The translations under genes were made by a program, and so were the position numbers. A DNA stretch of 64,000 bases, taken from an uncultured Sandaracinaceae bacterium (lineage in GTDB: Bacteria > Myxococcota_A > Polyangia > Polyangiales > Sandaracinaceae). Numbering within the stretch: position 1 is the stretch's first letter; each line of letters opens with the position of its first letter. The DNA is taken from NCBI GenBank assembly GCA_964429305.1, contig CAYSCF010000004.1:1845-65844 (forward strand), read 5' to 3'. Shown here in pieces: positions 1 to 9,967 of this stretch. Below the pieces are notes generated by a model, which was not told the origin of the DNA, ran no database searches, and worked only from the letters and a program-made list of their open reading frames with translations.

Positions 1-153
1 GCGATCGGCCTCGTGGCGGGCTGGCTCTTGCCGTGGCTGCTGCATTACCAGGGCGGCGCGCGGCCGGAGCTGCGGCCTCCCGTCGCGGCGATCCCCGTGC
101 CCATGGTCGGCGCGGGCAACACGGTCGGCCTCGACGTCATCGGTTGGTTCTGA
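1..153 (+). CDS. C-terminal end of an upstream membrane protein (partial, start outside window)
   Basis: Frame 1 is open from the window edge (AIGLVAGWLLPWLLHYQGG...GLDVIGWF). TGA at 151-153 overlaps the next ATG (TGATG). Confidence 0.4.
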   Translation, partial: AIGLVAGWLLPWLLHYQGGARPELRPPVAAIPVPMVGAGNTVGLDVIGWF

Positions 154-1163
154 TGCGGGCGTGGGAGATCACGGGAGCGTTCGGTCTCGATCACCTCGTG
201 CAGGTGACGCGTGATCCGGCGCCGCTCGGCCCTCACGACGTTCGCATCGCCGTGAAGGCCGTCTCGCTGAACTACCGTGATCACCTGATGGTCGCGGGCA
301 GCTACGACCCGCGATTGAAGCTGCCGATCGCGCCGTGCTCGGACGCGTCGGGTGAGATCGTCGAGATCGGAAGCGCCGTGAAGCGCTTCGCCATCGGAGA
401 TCGAGTGATCACGAGCTTCGCGCAGCGCTGGATCTCGGGCGCACCGACGCTCGAGAAGCTGCGCTCCACGCTCGGCGGCCCCTTGCCCGGCACGCTCGCG
501 ACGGAGCTCGTGCTCCACGAGGAAGGCTGTGTGCGCGCGCCCACGCGGCTCTCGCACGAGCAGGCGTGCACGCTCTCGTGCGCGGCGCTGACCGCGTGGC
601 ACGCGCTCGTGGATCAGGGCGCGCTCGCCGCCGGTCAGACCGTGCTCGTGCAGGGCAGCGGCGGCGTGTCGGTATTCGCGCTCCAGATCGCGCGCATGAT
701 GGGCGCTCGCGTGATCGCGACGTCGTCGAGCGCGGACAAACGCGCGCGCCTGGAGGCGATGGGCGCGTTCGCGACGATCGACTACCGCGCCGACCGCGAC
801 TGGGGAAAGACGGTCAAGCAGCGCGCGGACGGGCGCGGCGTCGATCACGTCGTCGAGGTCGGCGGCGCCGGTACGCTCGCGCAGTCGCTGCGTGCGGTCG
901 CCGTCGGCGGCATCGTGCACGTCATCGGCATCCTCAGCGGTTCGTCGGAGCCGCTCTCGATCACGCCGATCCTGATGAACGAGGTGCGCCTCCAAGGCAT
1001 CATGGTCGGCCCACGCGAGAGCCTCGAGGCGCTCGTCCGCGCGGTCGACGCGAGCGGGCTCGAGCCCGTGATCGATCGCGTGCTGTCGTTCGACGATGCA
1101 CCGGCTGCGTTCGCACACCTGGCGAGCGGCGCGCACTTCGGCAAGATCGTCCTGGCCGTGTGA
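153..1163 (+). CDS. MDR-family zinc-type alcohol dehydrogenase / NAD(P)H:quinone oxidoreductase-like protein
   Basis: ORF 33..1163 trimmed to ATG 153 (MRAWEITGAFGLDHL). Motifs VKAVSLNYRD and CSDASGEIVEIG, plus Rossmann segment GQTVLVQGSGGVSVFALQIA. Confidence 0.85.
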   Translation: MRAWEITGAFGLDHLVQVTRDPAPLGPHDVRIAVKAVSLNYRDHLMVAGSYDPRLKLPIAPCSDASGEIVEIGSAVKRFAIGDRVITSFAQRWISGAPTLEKLRSTLGGPLPGTLATELVLHEEGCVRAPTRLSHEQACTLSCAALTAWHALVDQGALAAGQTVLVQGSGGVSVFALQIARMMGARVIATSSSADKRARLEAMGAFATIDYRADRDWGKTVKQRADGRGVDHVVEVGGAGTLAQSLRAVAVGGIVHVIGILSGSSEPLSITPILMNEVRLQGIMVGPRESLEALVRAVDASGLEPVIDRVLSFDDAPAAFAHLASGAHFGKIVLAV

Positions 1164-1222
1164 AGGGCCCTCACGGGCCCGTTTGCGGCCCGGATCGTTC
1201 CGTGGAACACCCTCGGGCGGTC

Positions 1223-2401
1223 ATGCAGGAAGTGAAGCAGACGCCGGCGCCTCGCTGGCTCGCGCTCGACCTGCTCCGCTTCGTCGCCGTCTTCTTGATG
1301 GTGCAGGGCCACACGTTCACCGAGCTGCTCACGAGCGACGTGCAGCACGAGCGCTGGTATCGCCACCACCAGTTCGTGCACGGCTACACGGCGCCGATGT
1401 TCCTCTTCGCGTCGGGCCTCGCGTTCGGTTACACGACGTTCCGCAGCTGGGCGAAGTCGACCACGCCCGGCGCCGCGCTCGAGAAGCGCCTGAGGCGCTA
1501 CGGCTGGCTGCTGATCATCGGCTATCTGATGCACGTCCCGACCCTCGCGCCGGCGCATCTCGTGTCCGCAGGCGATGGGCCGCTGCACCAGCTCTTCCAG
1601 GTCGACGTGCTGCAGCACCTCGGCGTGAGCCTCTGCGTGCTGCAGCTGCTCGCAGTGCTCGTGAAGCGCGAGCGAATCTTCATCGCGATCGTGAGCGTGC
1701 TCTTCGCCGCGGTCGTCTTTCTCGCGCCGATCGTCTGGGCGTGGCCGGCCGAGAGCATGCTGCCGCTGCCGCTCGCGGGCTACGTGAACGGCGGATCGGG
1801 CTCGTTCTTCCCGCTCGTGCCGTGGGCCGGGTTCACGTATGCGGGCGTGCTCGTCGCGTATCTCGCCAAGAGAATGGAGCGGCCGTCGCACGCGCTCGCG
1901 CCGTGGCTGCTCGGCGTGACGCTCGTCTCGCTCGGCGTGCCGGTGCTGCTCAACCGCATGGGCGTGCAGGTTTACGCGCCGCACGACTTCTGGCGGACCG
2001 ACCCGTACTACTTCTTCTTCCGTCTCGGAAACGTGACGGGTGTGCTCACGGTGCTCGCGTACCTCGAGCGCGGCGCCGATCGCATGAAGATTCTCCTCTC
2101 CGGCGACGGGCGCATCGGTCGTGCGATGCGTTGGGTGCGCGTCGTCGGCGAAGAGTCGCTCGTCGTCTACGTGGTGCACCTCGTGGTGCTGCACGGCTGG
2201 GTCATCGGGCCGGGCCTGACGGCGAGCATGAGCCACTCGCTCTCGCTGGTCGCGTGCTCGCTGGTCGCGCTCGCGCTCTTCGCGTCGATGGTGCTCGTCG
2301 CGCGCGGATGGAGCGACATGAAGAAGAGCCGCCTGCGCTGGCAGGCGGTGCAGCTCTCGGCGGCCGGGACGATGGCCTACCTCGTCCTGGTCGCGCGTTA
2401 G
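1223..2401 (+). CDS. DUF1624 / heparan-alpha-glucosaminide N-acetyltransferase-like polytopic membrane acyltransferase
   Basis: ATG 1223 inside ORF 566..2401 (MQEVKQTPAPRWLALDLLRFVAVFLMVQGHTF). Multiple hydrophobic helices throughout. The upstream part of the ORF is Arg-rich read-through. Confidence 0.7.
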   Translation: MQEVKQTPAPRWLALDLLRFVAVFLMVQGHTFTELLTSDVQHERWYRHHQFVHGYTAPMFLFASGLAFGYTTFRSWAKSTTPGAALEKRLRRYGWLLIIGYLMHVPTLAPAHLVSAGDGPLHQLFQVDVLQHLGVSLCVLQLLAVLVKRERIFIAIVSVLFAAVVFLAPIVWAWPAESMLPLPLAGYVNGGSGSFFPLVPWAGFTYAGVLVAYLAKRMERPSHALAPWLLGVTLVSLGVPVLLNRMGVQVYAPHDFWRTDPYYFFFRLGNVTGVLTVLAYLERGADRMKILLSGDGRIGRAMRWVRVVGEESLVVYVVHLVVLHGWVIGPGLTASMSHSLSLVACSLVALALFASMVLVARGWSDMKKSRLRWQAVQLSAAGTMAYLVLVAR

Positions 2402-2481
2402 TCTCTGCCGGAGTGCCCGGTGGAGCCGGGCGGACACAAATTGTGTCGCGTCCGCAGAGCGAACGCCTCCGGTAGAGACTA
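2399..2481. terminator. Bidirectional hairpin between convergent genes, with both stop codons inside the stem
   Basis: TAGTCTCTGCCGGAG (2399-2413) is 14/15 complementary to CTCCGGTAGAGACTA (2467-2481). Inner mini-hairpins CCCGG-tggag-CCGGG (2416-2430) and GACAC-aaatt-GTGTC (2433-2447). No U-tract. Confidence 0.45.
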
Positions 2482-3261
2482 GCGTCCGACGAACTTGCCT
2501 TCGCGGCGCTCGAGGAACGACTGCACGCCCTCGCGCGCGTCCTCGCTGGCCATGAGCGTGCGTGCCTGTGGAAGCAATGCGGCGGCCGCCGCTTCCGGGC
2601 CTTTCTCGAACGAGAGGCGCGCGCTCGCGATCGTGGCGACGACACCGAGCGGCGCTTGCTTGGCGATCGTGCCCGCGATCTTCAGCGCCATCGCGCGCTC
2701 TTCTCCGGCGGGAGTGACCTCCTGCGCGACACCGATGCGCTTGGCCTCTGCGGCGTCGAACGTGTCGGCGGTCAGGAGCCAGCGCATGGCGTTGCCCCAT
2801 CCGGCGCGCGCGGGCAGACGGAACGTCGCGCCGCCGAACGGGAAGATGCCGCGCTTGATCTCGATCTGACCGAACTTCGCGTCGTCGCCGGCGACCACGA
2901 TGTCGGCCGCCAGCGCGAGCTCGATCCCGATCGTGAGGCAGTGCCCGCGCACGTACGCGAGGAAGGGCTTGCTGCGCACGCGCCCGTTCAGCCCGAGAGG
3001 GTCGACGCATCCTTCCGGAAACAAGCGGCCTCCGCTCGCGACCGCCGGGCCGACCTCGGCGAGATCGAGGCCCGCCGTGAAGTGCGCACCGTCGGCGCCC
3101 AGCACCACGACGCGCACCGCCGCGTCGTCCTCGGCGTGTGTGAACGCTTCGGCCACCTCGCGCAGCATCTGGAGGTCGAACGCGTTTCGCTTGGCGGCGC
3201 GGTCGAGCACGATCTCTCGGACGCCGCCCTCGTGGCTCTCGACTCGGATGCGTGAGGTCAT
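2479..3261 (-). CDS. Enoyl-CoA hydratase/isomerase (crotonase) family protein
   Basis: ORF 2479..3411 trimmed to ATG at 3261 (MTSRIRVESHEGGVREIVLDRAAKRNAFD). Crotonase segments VVVLGADGAHFTAGLDL and GHCLTIGIELALAADIVVAGDDAKFGQIE. Confidence 0.85.
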   Translation of the reverse strand: MTSRIRVESHEGGVREIVLDRAAKRNAFDLQMLREVAEAFTHAEDDAAVRVVVLGADGAHFTAGLDLAEVGPAVASGGRLFPEGCVDPLGLNGRVRSKPFLAYVRGHCLTIGIELALAADIVVAGDDAKFGQIEIKRGIFPFGGATFRLPARAGWGNAMRWLLTADTFDAAEAKRIGVAQEVTPAGEERAMALKIAGTIAKQAPLGVVATIASARLSFEKGPEAAAAALLPQARTLMASEDAREGVQSFLERREGKFVGR

Positions 3262-3375
3262 GGCGCCGATGGTACACGCCGCCTTTTCCCGCTCGCGAGG
3301 AAGTCTCCGGGTCGCTACGCTTGCCGCCGTGTCGAGCGCTGCAGTACCGACGGAAGGCAAGCCGGAGGCGCCGTC

Positions 3376-5104
3376 GATGGTCGGCCGCGTCCTCGACGGG
3401 CGTTTCCGCATGGACGTGCTGCTCGGCGAGGGCGGTCTCGGACAGGTCTATCGCGGCACGCACCTGCGGCTGGGACGGCCCGTCGCGATCAAGGTGATGC
3501 ACGCGCATCACGTGACGAAGGGTGAGCTGCGGACGCGCTTCGATCGCGAGGCGCGCTCGCTCGCCGCGCTCGCGCATCCGAACGTGGTGGGCGTCATCGA
3601 CTACGGCGTCGACGGGGATCTGCCCTTTCTCGTGATGGACTTCCTCGAGGGGCGCACGCTGGAAGCGGCGATCCACGACGGCATCCCGAGCGATCGCGTC
3701 GTGCCGATCTTCCGCGACGTGCTGCGCGCGGTGGCGTACGCGCACGGCATCGGCCTCGTGCACCGCGATCTCAAGCCGGCCAACGTGTTCCTGCACAAGG
3801 TGCCCGAGATCGGCGAGGTCGTGCGCGTGCTCGACTTCGGCTTGGCGAAGTTCATCGATGGTGAGGGCGCGGGCGCGACGGTGACGCGCGCCGGCATGGT
3901 GATCGGGACCCCGGCGTACATGTCTCCGGAGCAGGCGACCGCGTCGATCGTCGATGCGCGCGCGGACGTGTACTCGCTCGGCGTGCTGCTCTTCGAGATG
4001 ATCACGGGGCAGAGACCGTTCACGGGCGACGACGGAGCCGAGGTGCTGCGCAAGCATCTGCTGCAGCCGCTCCCGGACATGCGCGAGCTCGCGCCGCGCT
4101 CGCCGCTGGTCGCGCAGCTCGAGCCGATCGTGAAGCGCGCGACGGAGAAATCGAAGGCCGATCGCTACTCCGATGCGGCGGACATGGCGGCCGCGCTCGA
4201 TGCCCTGATCGGGCGCGCGTCGAGCCCGTCGATGCTCGCGGTGACGCCGCAGTCGCTGGGCGCGGCGACGAAGGCCGACTCGATCCACATCACGATCTCC
4301 GAGATTCCGATCTCGGGCGCGAAGTCGGGCGCGAAGTCGGCGGCGAAGTCGGCGGCGAAGACCGCCGAGGCGAAGTCGTCGGCCAAGCGGCCTGCCAAGG
4401 GCAACGACGGCTCGCCGATGCCGCTGCTCGCGACGGCCGGCGTGCTCGCGCTGCTCGTGATCGGCGGGCTCGCCTACTTCTTCGGGACCCACGTGCCGCC
4501 ACCCACGTCGGCGCCGCCGAGCACCGTCGCGATCGCCGCGCCACCGCCGACGACGCATGCGGCGCCGCCGCCGACGACGGTCGCGTTCGTCCCGCCGACG
4601 ACGATCACACCGGCGCCGACGACGACCGCGGTCGTGCCGCCGCCGACGGTCGCGCCGCCCACGACCGCGACGCCGAATCCATGGGCCTCGCCGCTCCCGC
4701 CGCAGCTACAGCCAATCGCCGCGCGGCTCGAAGAGCAGCGCGAGATCAGCCGCGATCAGCGCGAGATGCTCTATCGCTTCTCGCGCAATCATCCGCACGA
4801 TGCGCGCGGCCTGTTGATGCTCGGCCACGCCGAGGTGATCGCGCATGCGTACACCGACGCGTGTCATCGCTACCAGCATGCGTACGACGTCGACCACGAC
4901 GCGCGCTTCGATCCGGCGATGCGCCACGACCTGGTCGTGCTCGTCACGCAGCCGACGAGCTCCGCGGAAGCGACGCGCATGGTCCGCGCGATCTACGGCC
5001 TCGAAGCGCTCCCCGAGATCGCCACCGTGCAGGCGGAGCTCGCGCGAGATGTCCGCGCCGTCGCGCGCCTCGAGCACCTGCACACCGTCGTCACCACTCC
5101 CTGA
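3376..5104 (+). CDS. Membrane-anchored Hanks-type Ser/Thr protein kinase with Pro/Thr-rich linker and C-terminal domain
   Basis: GEGGLGQVYRG, VAIKVM, HRDLKPANVFL, DFGLAK, GTPAYMSPEQ. TM helix LLATAGVLALLVIGGLAYFF. Start 3376 (MVGRVLDGRF) chosen; in-frame ATG 3260 is an alternative. Confidence 0.85.
4316..4378 (+). repeat. In-frame 12-nt tandem repeat (GGCGCGAAGTCG-like, about 5 units) encoding (G/A)AKS repeats in the kinase linker
   Basis: Direct reading: ggcgcgaagtcg ggcgcgaagtcg gcggcgaagtcg gcggcgaagacc gccgaggcgaagtcg. Confidence 0.7.
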
Positions 5105-5144
5105 TCGGGACAGGACAGGCGCTCTCTGACGCGAGTCACAGACC

Positions 5145-5327
5145 GGGGTCACTCCACACCCACGCAACTCGTCGGAACCCAAGGGTTCTGGCGGCTAGAT
5201 GCGCATTCCGTCACGAACCTCCGAATTCGCCCATCATCCAGGCCGTTGCGGTGTTGGGTGACGAAATGCGCATCCTGCCGCCGGTACTCAGTGATTTCAC
5301 GGAGTTGTGATGGCGTGGAGTGACCCC
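5145..5327. repeat. Imperfect-palindromic intergenic element, copy A (REP/BIME- or MITE-like)
   Basis: Terminal inverted repeat GGGGTCACTCCAC / GTGGAGTGACCCC. Inner complementary arms 5190-5214 and 5258-5282 (22/25). Four blocks shared with copy B at 52791-52964. GC lower than flanks. Confidence 0.75.
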
Positions 5328-5354
5328 GCTTTTTCGTGCGAGGATCGCGGGCGC

Positions 5355-6227
5355 ATGAGCCAGCGGATCGGGAGCACCGTGGGCGGCTTCGTGCTCGAGA
5401 GCGTGCTCGGCGAAGGCGCGATGGGGATCGTGTATCGCGGGCGCGTGGCGTTGGGCGGCGTGCCCGTCGCGATGAAGTTCCTCCACGGAGAAGCGCTCGG
5501 CCGGCCCGATCTGCGCAAGCGATTCGATCGCGAGGCGCGCGCGCTCGCCGAGCTCCGTCATCCGAACGTGCTCGAGGTCATCGCGCTCGGCATGGACGGC
5601 GACGTGCCGTACATGGTCACCGAGCTGCTCGTCGGTCGCACGCTCGAAGCCCTCCTCTCGGGCGCCCGCCTCGATCCCGCGCGCGCGCTCGCCATCGCCG
5701 ATCAGATCCTCGCTGGTCTCGGCTTCGCGCACGCGCACGGCATCATCCATCGCGACGTGAAGCCCGAGAACGTTTTCCTCGTCGCGGGCGAGGGCGCCGA
5801 GCGCGCCAAGCTCATCGACTTCGGCCTCGTGCGCTTCGGACAGAACGCGAGCATGGGCCCCTCGAGCGTGCTCACCGTGTCGGGCACGATGATGGGCAGC
5901 CCCGCGTACATGGCGCCCGAGCAAGGCTTCGGCGAAGAGACGACCGAGCGCAGCGACGTCTACTCCGCGGGCGTCGTCCTCTACGAGCTGCTCACGGGCG
6001 CCTGGCCCTTCGTCGCCGAAGAGATCTCGGACATGGTGCGCGCGCACGCGCTCGCCCCGGTGCCGCCGCTCGAAGAGGCCCGCCCCGAGCTCGAGGTCGC
6101 GCCCGCACTCTCCGCCGTCGTCATGAAGGCGCTCGCGAAGAAGCCGAAAGAGCGCTTCGCCAACGCCCAGGAAATGCAGCGCGCGCTGCGGGCCGTGAAG
6201 CCTCCCGCAGCGCGCCTGACGATGTGA
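5355..6227 (+). CDS. Ser/Thr protein kinase, catalytic domain only (about 290 aa)
   Basis: ATG 5355 ([29 protein letters not shown]). [34 protein letters not shown]. Confidence 0.85.
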   Translation: MSQRIGSTVGGFVLESVLGEGAMGIVYRGRVALGGVPVAMKFLHGEALGRPDLRKRFDREARALAELRHPNVLEVIALGMDGDVPYMVTELLVGRTLEALLSGARLDPARALAIADQILAGLGFAHAHGIIHRDVKPENVFLVAGEGAERAKLIDFGLVRFGQNASMGPSSVLTVSGTMMGSPAYMAPEQGFGEETTERSDVYSAGVVLYELLTGAWPFVAEEISDMVRAHALAPVPPLEEARPELEVAPALSAVVMKALAKKPKERFANAQEMQRALRAVKPPAARLTM

Positions 6228-6233
6228 CCTCGG

Positions 6234-8312
6234 CTACGGGCAGCCGATCGGCCGCGTGACCACGTTGCCCGTCGCATCGAGCTCGGCGACGCGCATCGTC
6301 GTGCCATCCGTGTCGGCCGACACGGACACGCGCGTTGTCGCGTATCCCTCGGCGGTGCCGCCGAGCAGCGTCGTCGTCAGCATCGTGGCCGATGTGAGCA
6401 CCTCCCAAGCTTGGACGCGATTTCCGGACGAGCCGCTCGGCTCGCCGTAGACGAGCACCCAATGGCCTCGTCGCGCGTACGTGCTGCGATCGGGCGCGGC
6501 CACGAGGCGCAGCACCGTGTTCAACGGTCCGCTCATCGTTCCCGCGGCGCCCGCGACGATCGCCTGCACGGCTCCGCTGGGGTAAGCCCCGACTCGAACG
6601 TTCGTGGGGTTGCTCGAAGCGATGCCGAGCGGGTTCGTCGCGCTCGGTCCCATCGTGGGATCGGCGATGGTGACCGCGACCTGGTTACTCGTGTCGGCCC
6701 CCGCCGTGCCGATGACCCACACCGAGCTGCCCGTGCTCGACGTGAGCGACGCGCTCGCCACGCGCAGATCGCCACTGGTGGTCCGATACGCGACCCAGTC
6801 GGCCCCGCCCGCGCGCACGGCATCCCACGCGAGCGCTGCGTTCAGGTCCGCGGCGAAGTCGCCGCTGCCCGGCTGCACCGTGCCGACCCCCGTCGTCGTG
6901 ATCGACCATCGATGGAGGGTCTGCGCGCCGGAGTGCGCATACACGACATAGAGGCTCGCGGCGCCCGCGGTCGCGCTGACGATGCGCATGTGACTGAGCG
7001 TGGCGTTGTACATCGTAGGCGCGGGCAAGGACATGGTGGTTCCGGCGGTCGTCGGGAACACGCGCGCGCCCGTCGCCGGTGCGATCGCGAACACGCCGTA
7101 GCCCGTCGAGCCGTAGAACGCGATGACCACGTTCGTCCCGTCGAAGCGCGCGTCGTAGATGCCGAGGCCGGCCATCGTATCGGCGCCGAGCGTCACCGCC
7201 GTGCCGGCGACTCCCGTCGCGGACACCGTCTGCCACACGAGGCTCGAGCCGTTGTTGTAGAGAAGGCCGTAGCCACTCGCGAGCGCGACGATCAACGGCT
7301 TGATGGGACCGGGGCCCGCGGCGGCCATCACGTTGGCGCCGAGCGCGTCGAGACCCTCGTCGGCCACGCCGTCGCAGTTGTCGTCGATGCCGTTGCACGT
7401 CTCCGGTGGCGTCGAGCACGCGGCTCCCGTCGGCAGAGCGCACGTCGCAGAGCACACGCCCGTGCCCGTCGATCCGCAGACCGTCGTGCACGTCGTCGCT
7501 GCGCCCCTCACGCAAGCGAACCCGTTGTCGGCCGCGCCGTTGCAGTCGTTGTCGATCCCGTCGCACGTCTCCGTGTCGCCCGGATAGCGCGCTGCGTTCG
7601 TGTCGTCGCAGTCGTCGTTCGATGCGACGTCGCCCGCCGGCATCGTGCACGCCATCACGCCGGTGCCCGCGCCGTGACCGTCGTGGTCCATGTCGGAGTA
7701 CCACAGTGGCATCGTGACGCCGTTGTCGATCGTGCCGTTGCAGTCGTCGTCGATCCCGTTACACGTCTCAGGCATCGGATCGACGTTGCCGGAGCACGCG
7801 CCCCACGTGCCGCTCGCGCACGTCTGCATGCCCATGTGGCAGGGGGGCGTCGAGCTCGCGCCGCACGGGCGCATCATGCCGGTGCTGCACGTGCAGTCCT
7901 CGTTGACGCGCCCGTCGCAGTTCTCGTCGAGCGTGCCTTCGCAGACCTCGGTGCCGCCGGGATGGCACGCGGCGCACGCGTCGTTGCAGTCGTCGGACGT
8001 CGTGACGTAGCCCGTCGGCATCGCGCACGCGAACATCGTCGTCGCGGCGTTGCCGTGTCCGTCACCGTCGGCGTCGGCGTAGTACGTGTGGAGCGCGCAG
8101 CCGTCGGGACCGAGGCCGGCGTCGACCGGACCGGCGTGCGCGTCGGGACCGACACTGCCGTCACCGATGCCGCCGTCACCGCCGCCGCCGTCGGCGATGC
8201 ATCGTCCGTCGGACGACAGAACGCTGCCAGTCGGACAGCTGGCTGTCGGCGGGCACGCGGTGAGCAAGAGCGCGAAGAGCGAAACGAGCGAACGAGAGCG
8301 ATACGAGTACAT
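6234..8312 (-). CDS. Large lipoprotein with MopE-like Cys-rich (putative metal-binding) repeats and a beta-rich C-terminal half
   Basis: ORF 6234..8423 trimmed to ATG 8312 with AGGAGG (revcomp of 8321-8326) upstream. Lipobox MYSYRSRSLVSLFALLLTAC. Repeats of type DADGDGHG...CDDxxxxxYPGxxExCDGIDNDCNG. Confidence 0.8.
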   Translation of the reverse strand: MYSYRSRSLVSLFALLLTACPPTASCPTGSVLSSDGRCIADGGGGDGGIGDGSVGPDAHAGPVDAGLGPDGCALHTYYADADGDGHGNAATTMFACAMPTGYVTTSDDCNDACAACHPGGTEVCEGTLDENCDGRVNEDCTCSTGMMRPCGASSTPPCHMGMQTCASGTWGACSGNVDPMPETCNGIDDDCNGTIDNGVTMPLWYSDMDHDGHGAGTGVMACTMPAGDVASNDDCDDTNAARYPGDTETCDGIDNDCNGAADNGFACVRGAATTCTTVCGSTGTGVCSATCALPTGAACSTPPETCNGIDDNCDGVADEGLDALGANVMAAAGPGPIKPLIVALASGYGLLYNNGSSLVWQTVSATGVAGTAVTLGADTMAGLGIYDARFDGTNVVIAFYGSTGYGVFAIAPATGARVFPTTAGTTMSLPAPTMYNATLSHMRIVSATAGAASLYVVYAHSGAQTLHRWSITTTGVGTVQPGSGDFAADLNAALAWDAVRAGGADWVAYRTTSGDLRVASASLTSSTGSSVWVIGTAGADTSNQVAVTIADPTMGPSATNPLGIASSNPTNVRVGAYPSGAVQAIVAGAAGTMSGPLNTVLRLVAAPDRSTYARRGHWVLVYGEPSGSSGNRVQAWEVLTSATMLTTTLLGGTAEGYATTRVSVSADTDGTTMRVAELDATGNVVTRPIGCP

Positions 8313-8452
8313 GGAACGAACCTCCTGAGATGAATCGTTCTCGGTCGCTCTCGCGCTGCGTTGCGTCCCCGCCGCCCGCACGTTCGCGTCGGCCCGATGT
8401 GCCACGAAACGGGGCGCCCGCAACGTTCGGCCGCTGACCCCGACAAGCGGGC

Positions 8453-9940
8453 ATGACTGCCTCTCTCGCTCGCTCGTCGTACCTCTTTCTCCTCTGCGCC
8501 GTGCTCACGCCTTCGACCGCGTGGGCCCAGCCCCTCGTCGTCGCATGGTCCGTGGGCGAGACGGACGTCGACGCACTGGCCACGCGCGCGCGCGCCGCGA
8601 TCGCTGCGCACGGCGCGATGCCGAGTGAAGAGGTGAGCGCCGCGCTGGAGGCGCGCTCTTCGGCCCCGCCTTCGCCCGTTCCTGCGGACGCGCTCGATCG
8701 GTGGTCTTCGCTCGCCCGTCACGCCGTTCGCGCGTTGGCCCAAGGCGATCGGGCGACTGCATCAGCCGAGCTGAGCGAGGTCGACGCGATCTCGCGAGCG
8801 TTCCTCCTCGGACTGAATCGCGACGATGCTCGGGCCGCGCGCGTTCTCGACGCGTGTCTGTTCGACGTCCGCGCTCGGCTCGAGACCCACGACGACACTG
8901 CAGCCTCGCGCGTGGTCGACTGCCGCCGGCTCGCACCGGGCGTGATCGCCTCACCGTCGCTGCATCCCCCCGAGGTGATCGCGCTGCTCGAGGCGGTCAG
9001 CACCACCGTATCGCTGCACGTCGAGAGCGCGCCGAGCGGCTGCGTCGTCCGCTTGAACGGAGCGCGCGTCGGCGAGACACCGCTCGACGTCGAGGCGGCC
9101 CTCGGCGACTACGCGCTGCAGGTCGAGTGCGACGAGGCTCCGGGCCGCGTGGTCGCGATCACGCTGGGTGATGCACCGACGAACGTCTCGATCGACGCGC
9201 ACCTCGATGCGGTCGTCCACACCGATCCCGTGCTGCGTCTCGCATACACGACGGATGCGGCACGTCGGCAAGAGGATGCGCGCTCGCTCGGCGCGCTGCT
9301 CGGCGCCAGCGAGACGTGGCTCGTGTCGATCGACGGCGAGGTCGTGCGCGTCGATGCTCCGCTCGCTCCGGTGACGACACGGGCCAGCACCTACGGCCGC
9401 GCCGACTGGGAGATCGGCACGGGAATCGGTCTCGGCGTGCTCGGGATCGGCGCGATCGTCACGAGCGACGTGCTCGTCTCGGTGGGCGCGGGCTACGGCC
9501 ATCTCGCGACGCAGCCGCAGCCGATGGATCCCGACTACCTGACGCGCCGCGCGGCGTGGTCGAGCTGGGAGATGCCCGCGCTCGCGACCGGATGGATCGG
9601 CGGCGCGCTGCTCACGTCCGCGCTGCCGCTGCTCTTGCCGCGCGATCCGGGCGTGCCCGAGTGGAGCTGGTGGGTGGGCGGCGCAGGCGTCGCCGTCGTC
9701 GGCGTCGGCCTCGCTCTCGCGCTCGCTCCGACGACGTGCGGCAACGAGCGTCCGACATCGTCGTGCGTAGAGAGCAACGCGATGGTCGATGCCGGATCCA
9801 CGCTCGCGAGCCTGGGCGTGCCGCTCGTGAGCGTGCCTGCATCCTATTGGCTCGCGACGCTGACGGGCTCCACGTCGATCACGCCGAGCGTGTCGGCCAG
9901 CCCGAGCGGCGCATCGATCGGCGTCGAAGGAGCATGGTGA
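8453..9940 (+). CDS. Secreted/membrane PEGA-domain protein
   Basis: Signal peptide MTASLARSSYLFLLCAVLTPSTAWA. PEGA-like segment SGCVVRLNGARVGETPLDVEAALGDYALQVECDEAPGRVVAITL. Hydrophobic helices in the C-terminal third. Confidence 0.7.
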   Translation: MTASLARSSYLFLLCAVLTPSTAWAQPLVVAWSVGETDVDALATRARAAIAAHGAMPSEEVSAALEARSSAPPSPVPADALDRWSSLARHAVRALAQGDRATASAELSEVDAISRAFLLGLNRDDARAARVLDACLFDVRARLETHDDTAASRVVDCRRLAPGVIASPSLHPPEVIALLEAVSTTVSLHVESAPSGCVVRLNGARVGETPLDVEAALGDYALQVECDEAPGRVVAITLGDAPTNVSIDAHLDAVVHTDPVLRLAYTTDAARRQEDARSLGALLGASETWLVSIDGEVVRVDAPLAPVTTRASTYGRADWEIGTGIGLGVLGIGAIVTSDVLVSVGAGYGHLATQPQPMDPDYLTRRAAWSSWEMPALATGWIGGALLTSALPLLLPRDPGVPEWSWWVGGAGVAVVGVGLALALAPTTCGNERPTSSCVESNAMVDAGSTLASLGVPLVSVPASYWLATLTGSTSITPSVSASPSGASIGVEGAW

Positions 9941-9967
9941 CGGCTGAACGCGCCGAGGTGTTGCGCC

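Noticed and set aside
845-4558. 1237-aa minus-strand ORF spanning four annotated genes
   Set aside because: Arg/Ala/Gly/His-rich low-complexity translation with no recognisable domain. It is antisense to genes with clear family motifs, and it has the codon-position GC pattern of a shadow frame. This is a typical high-GC artefact.
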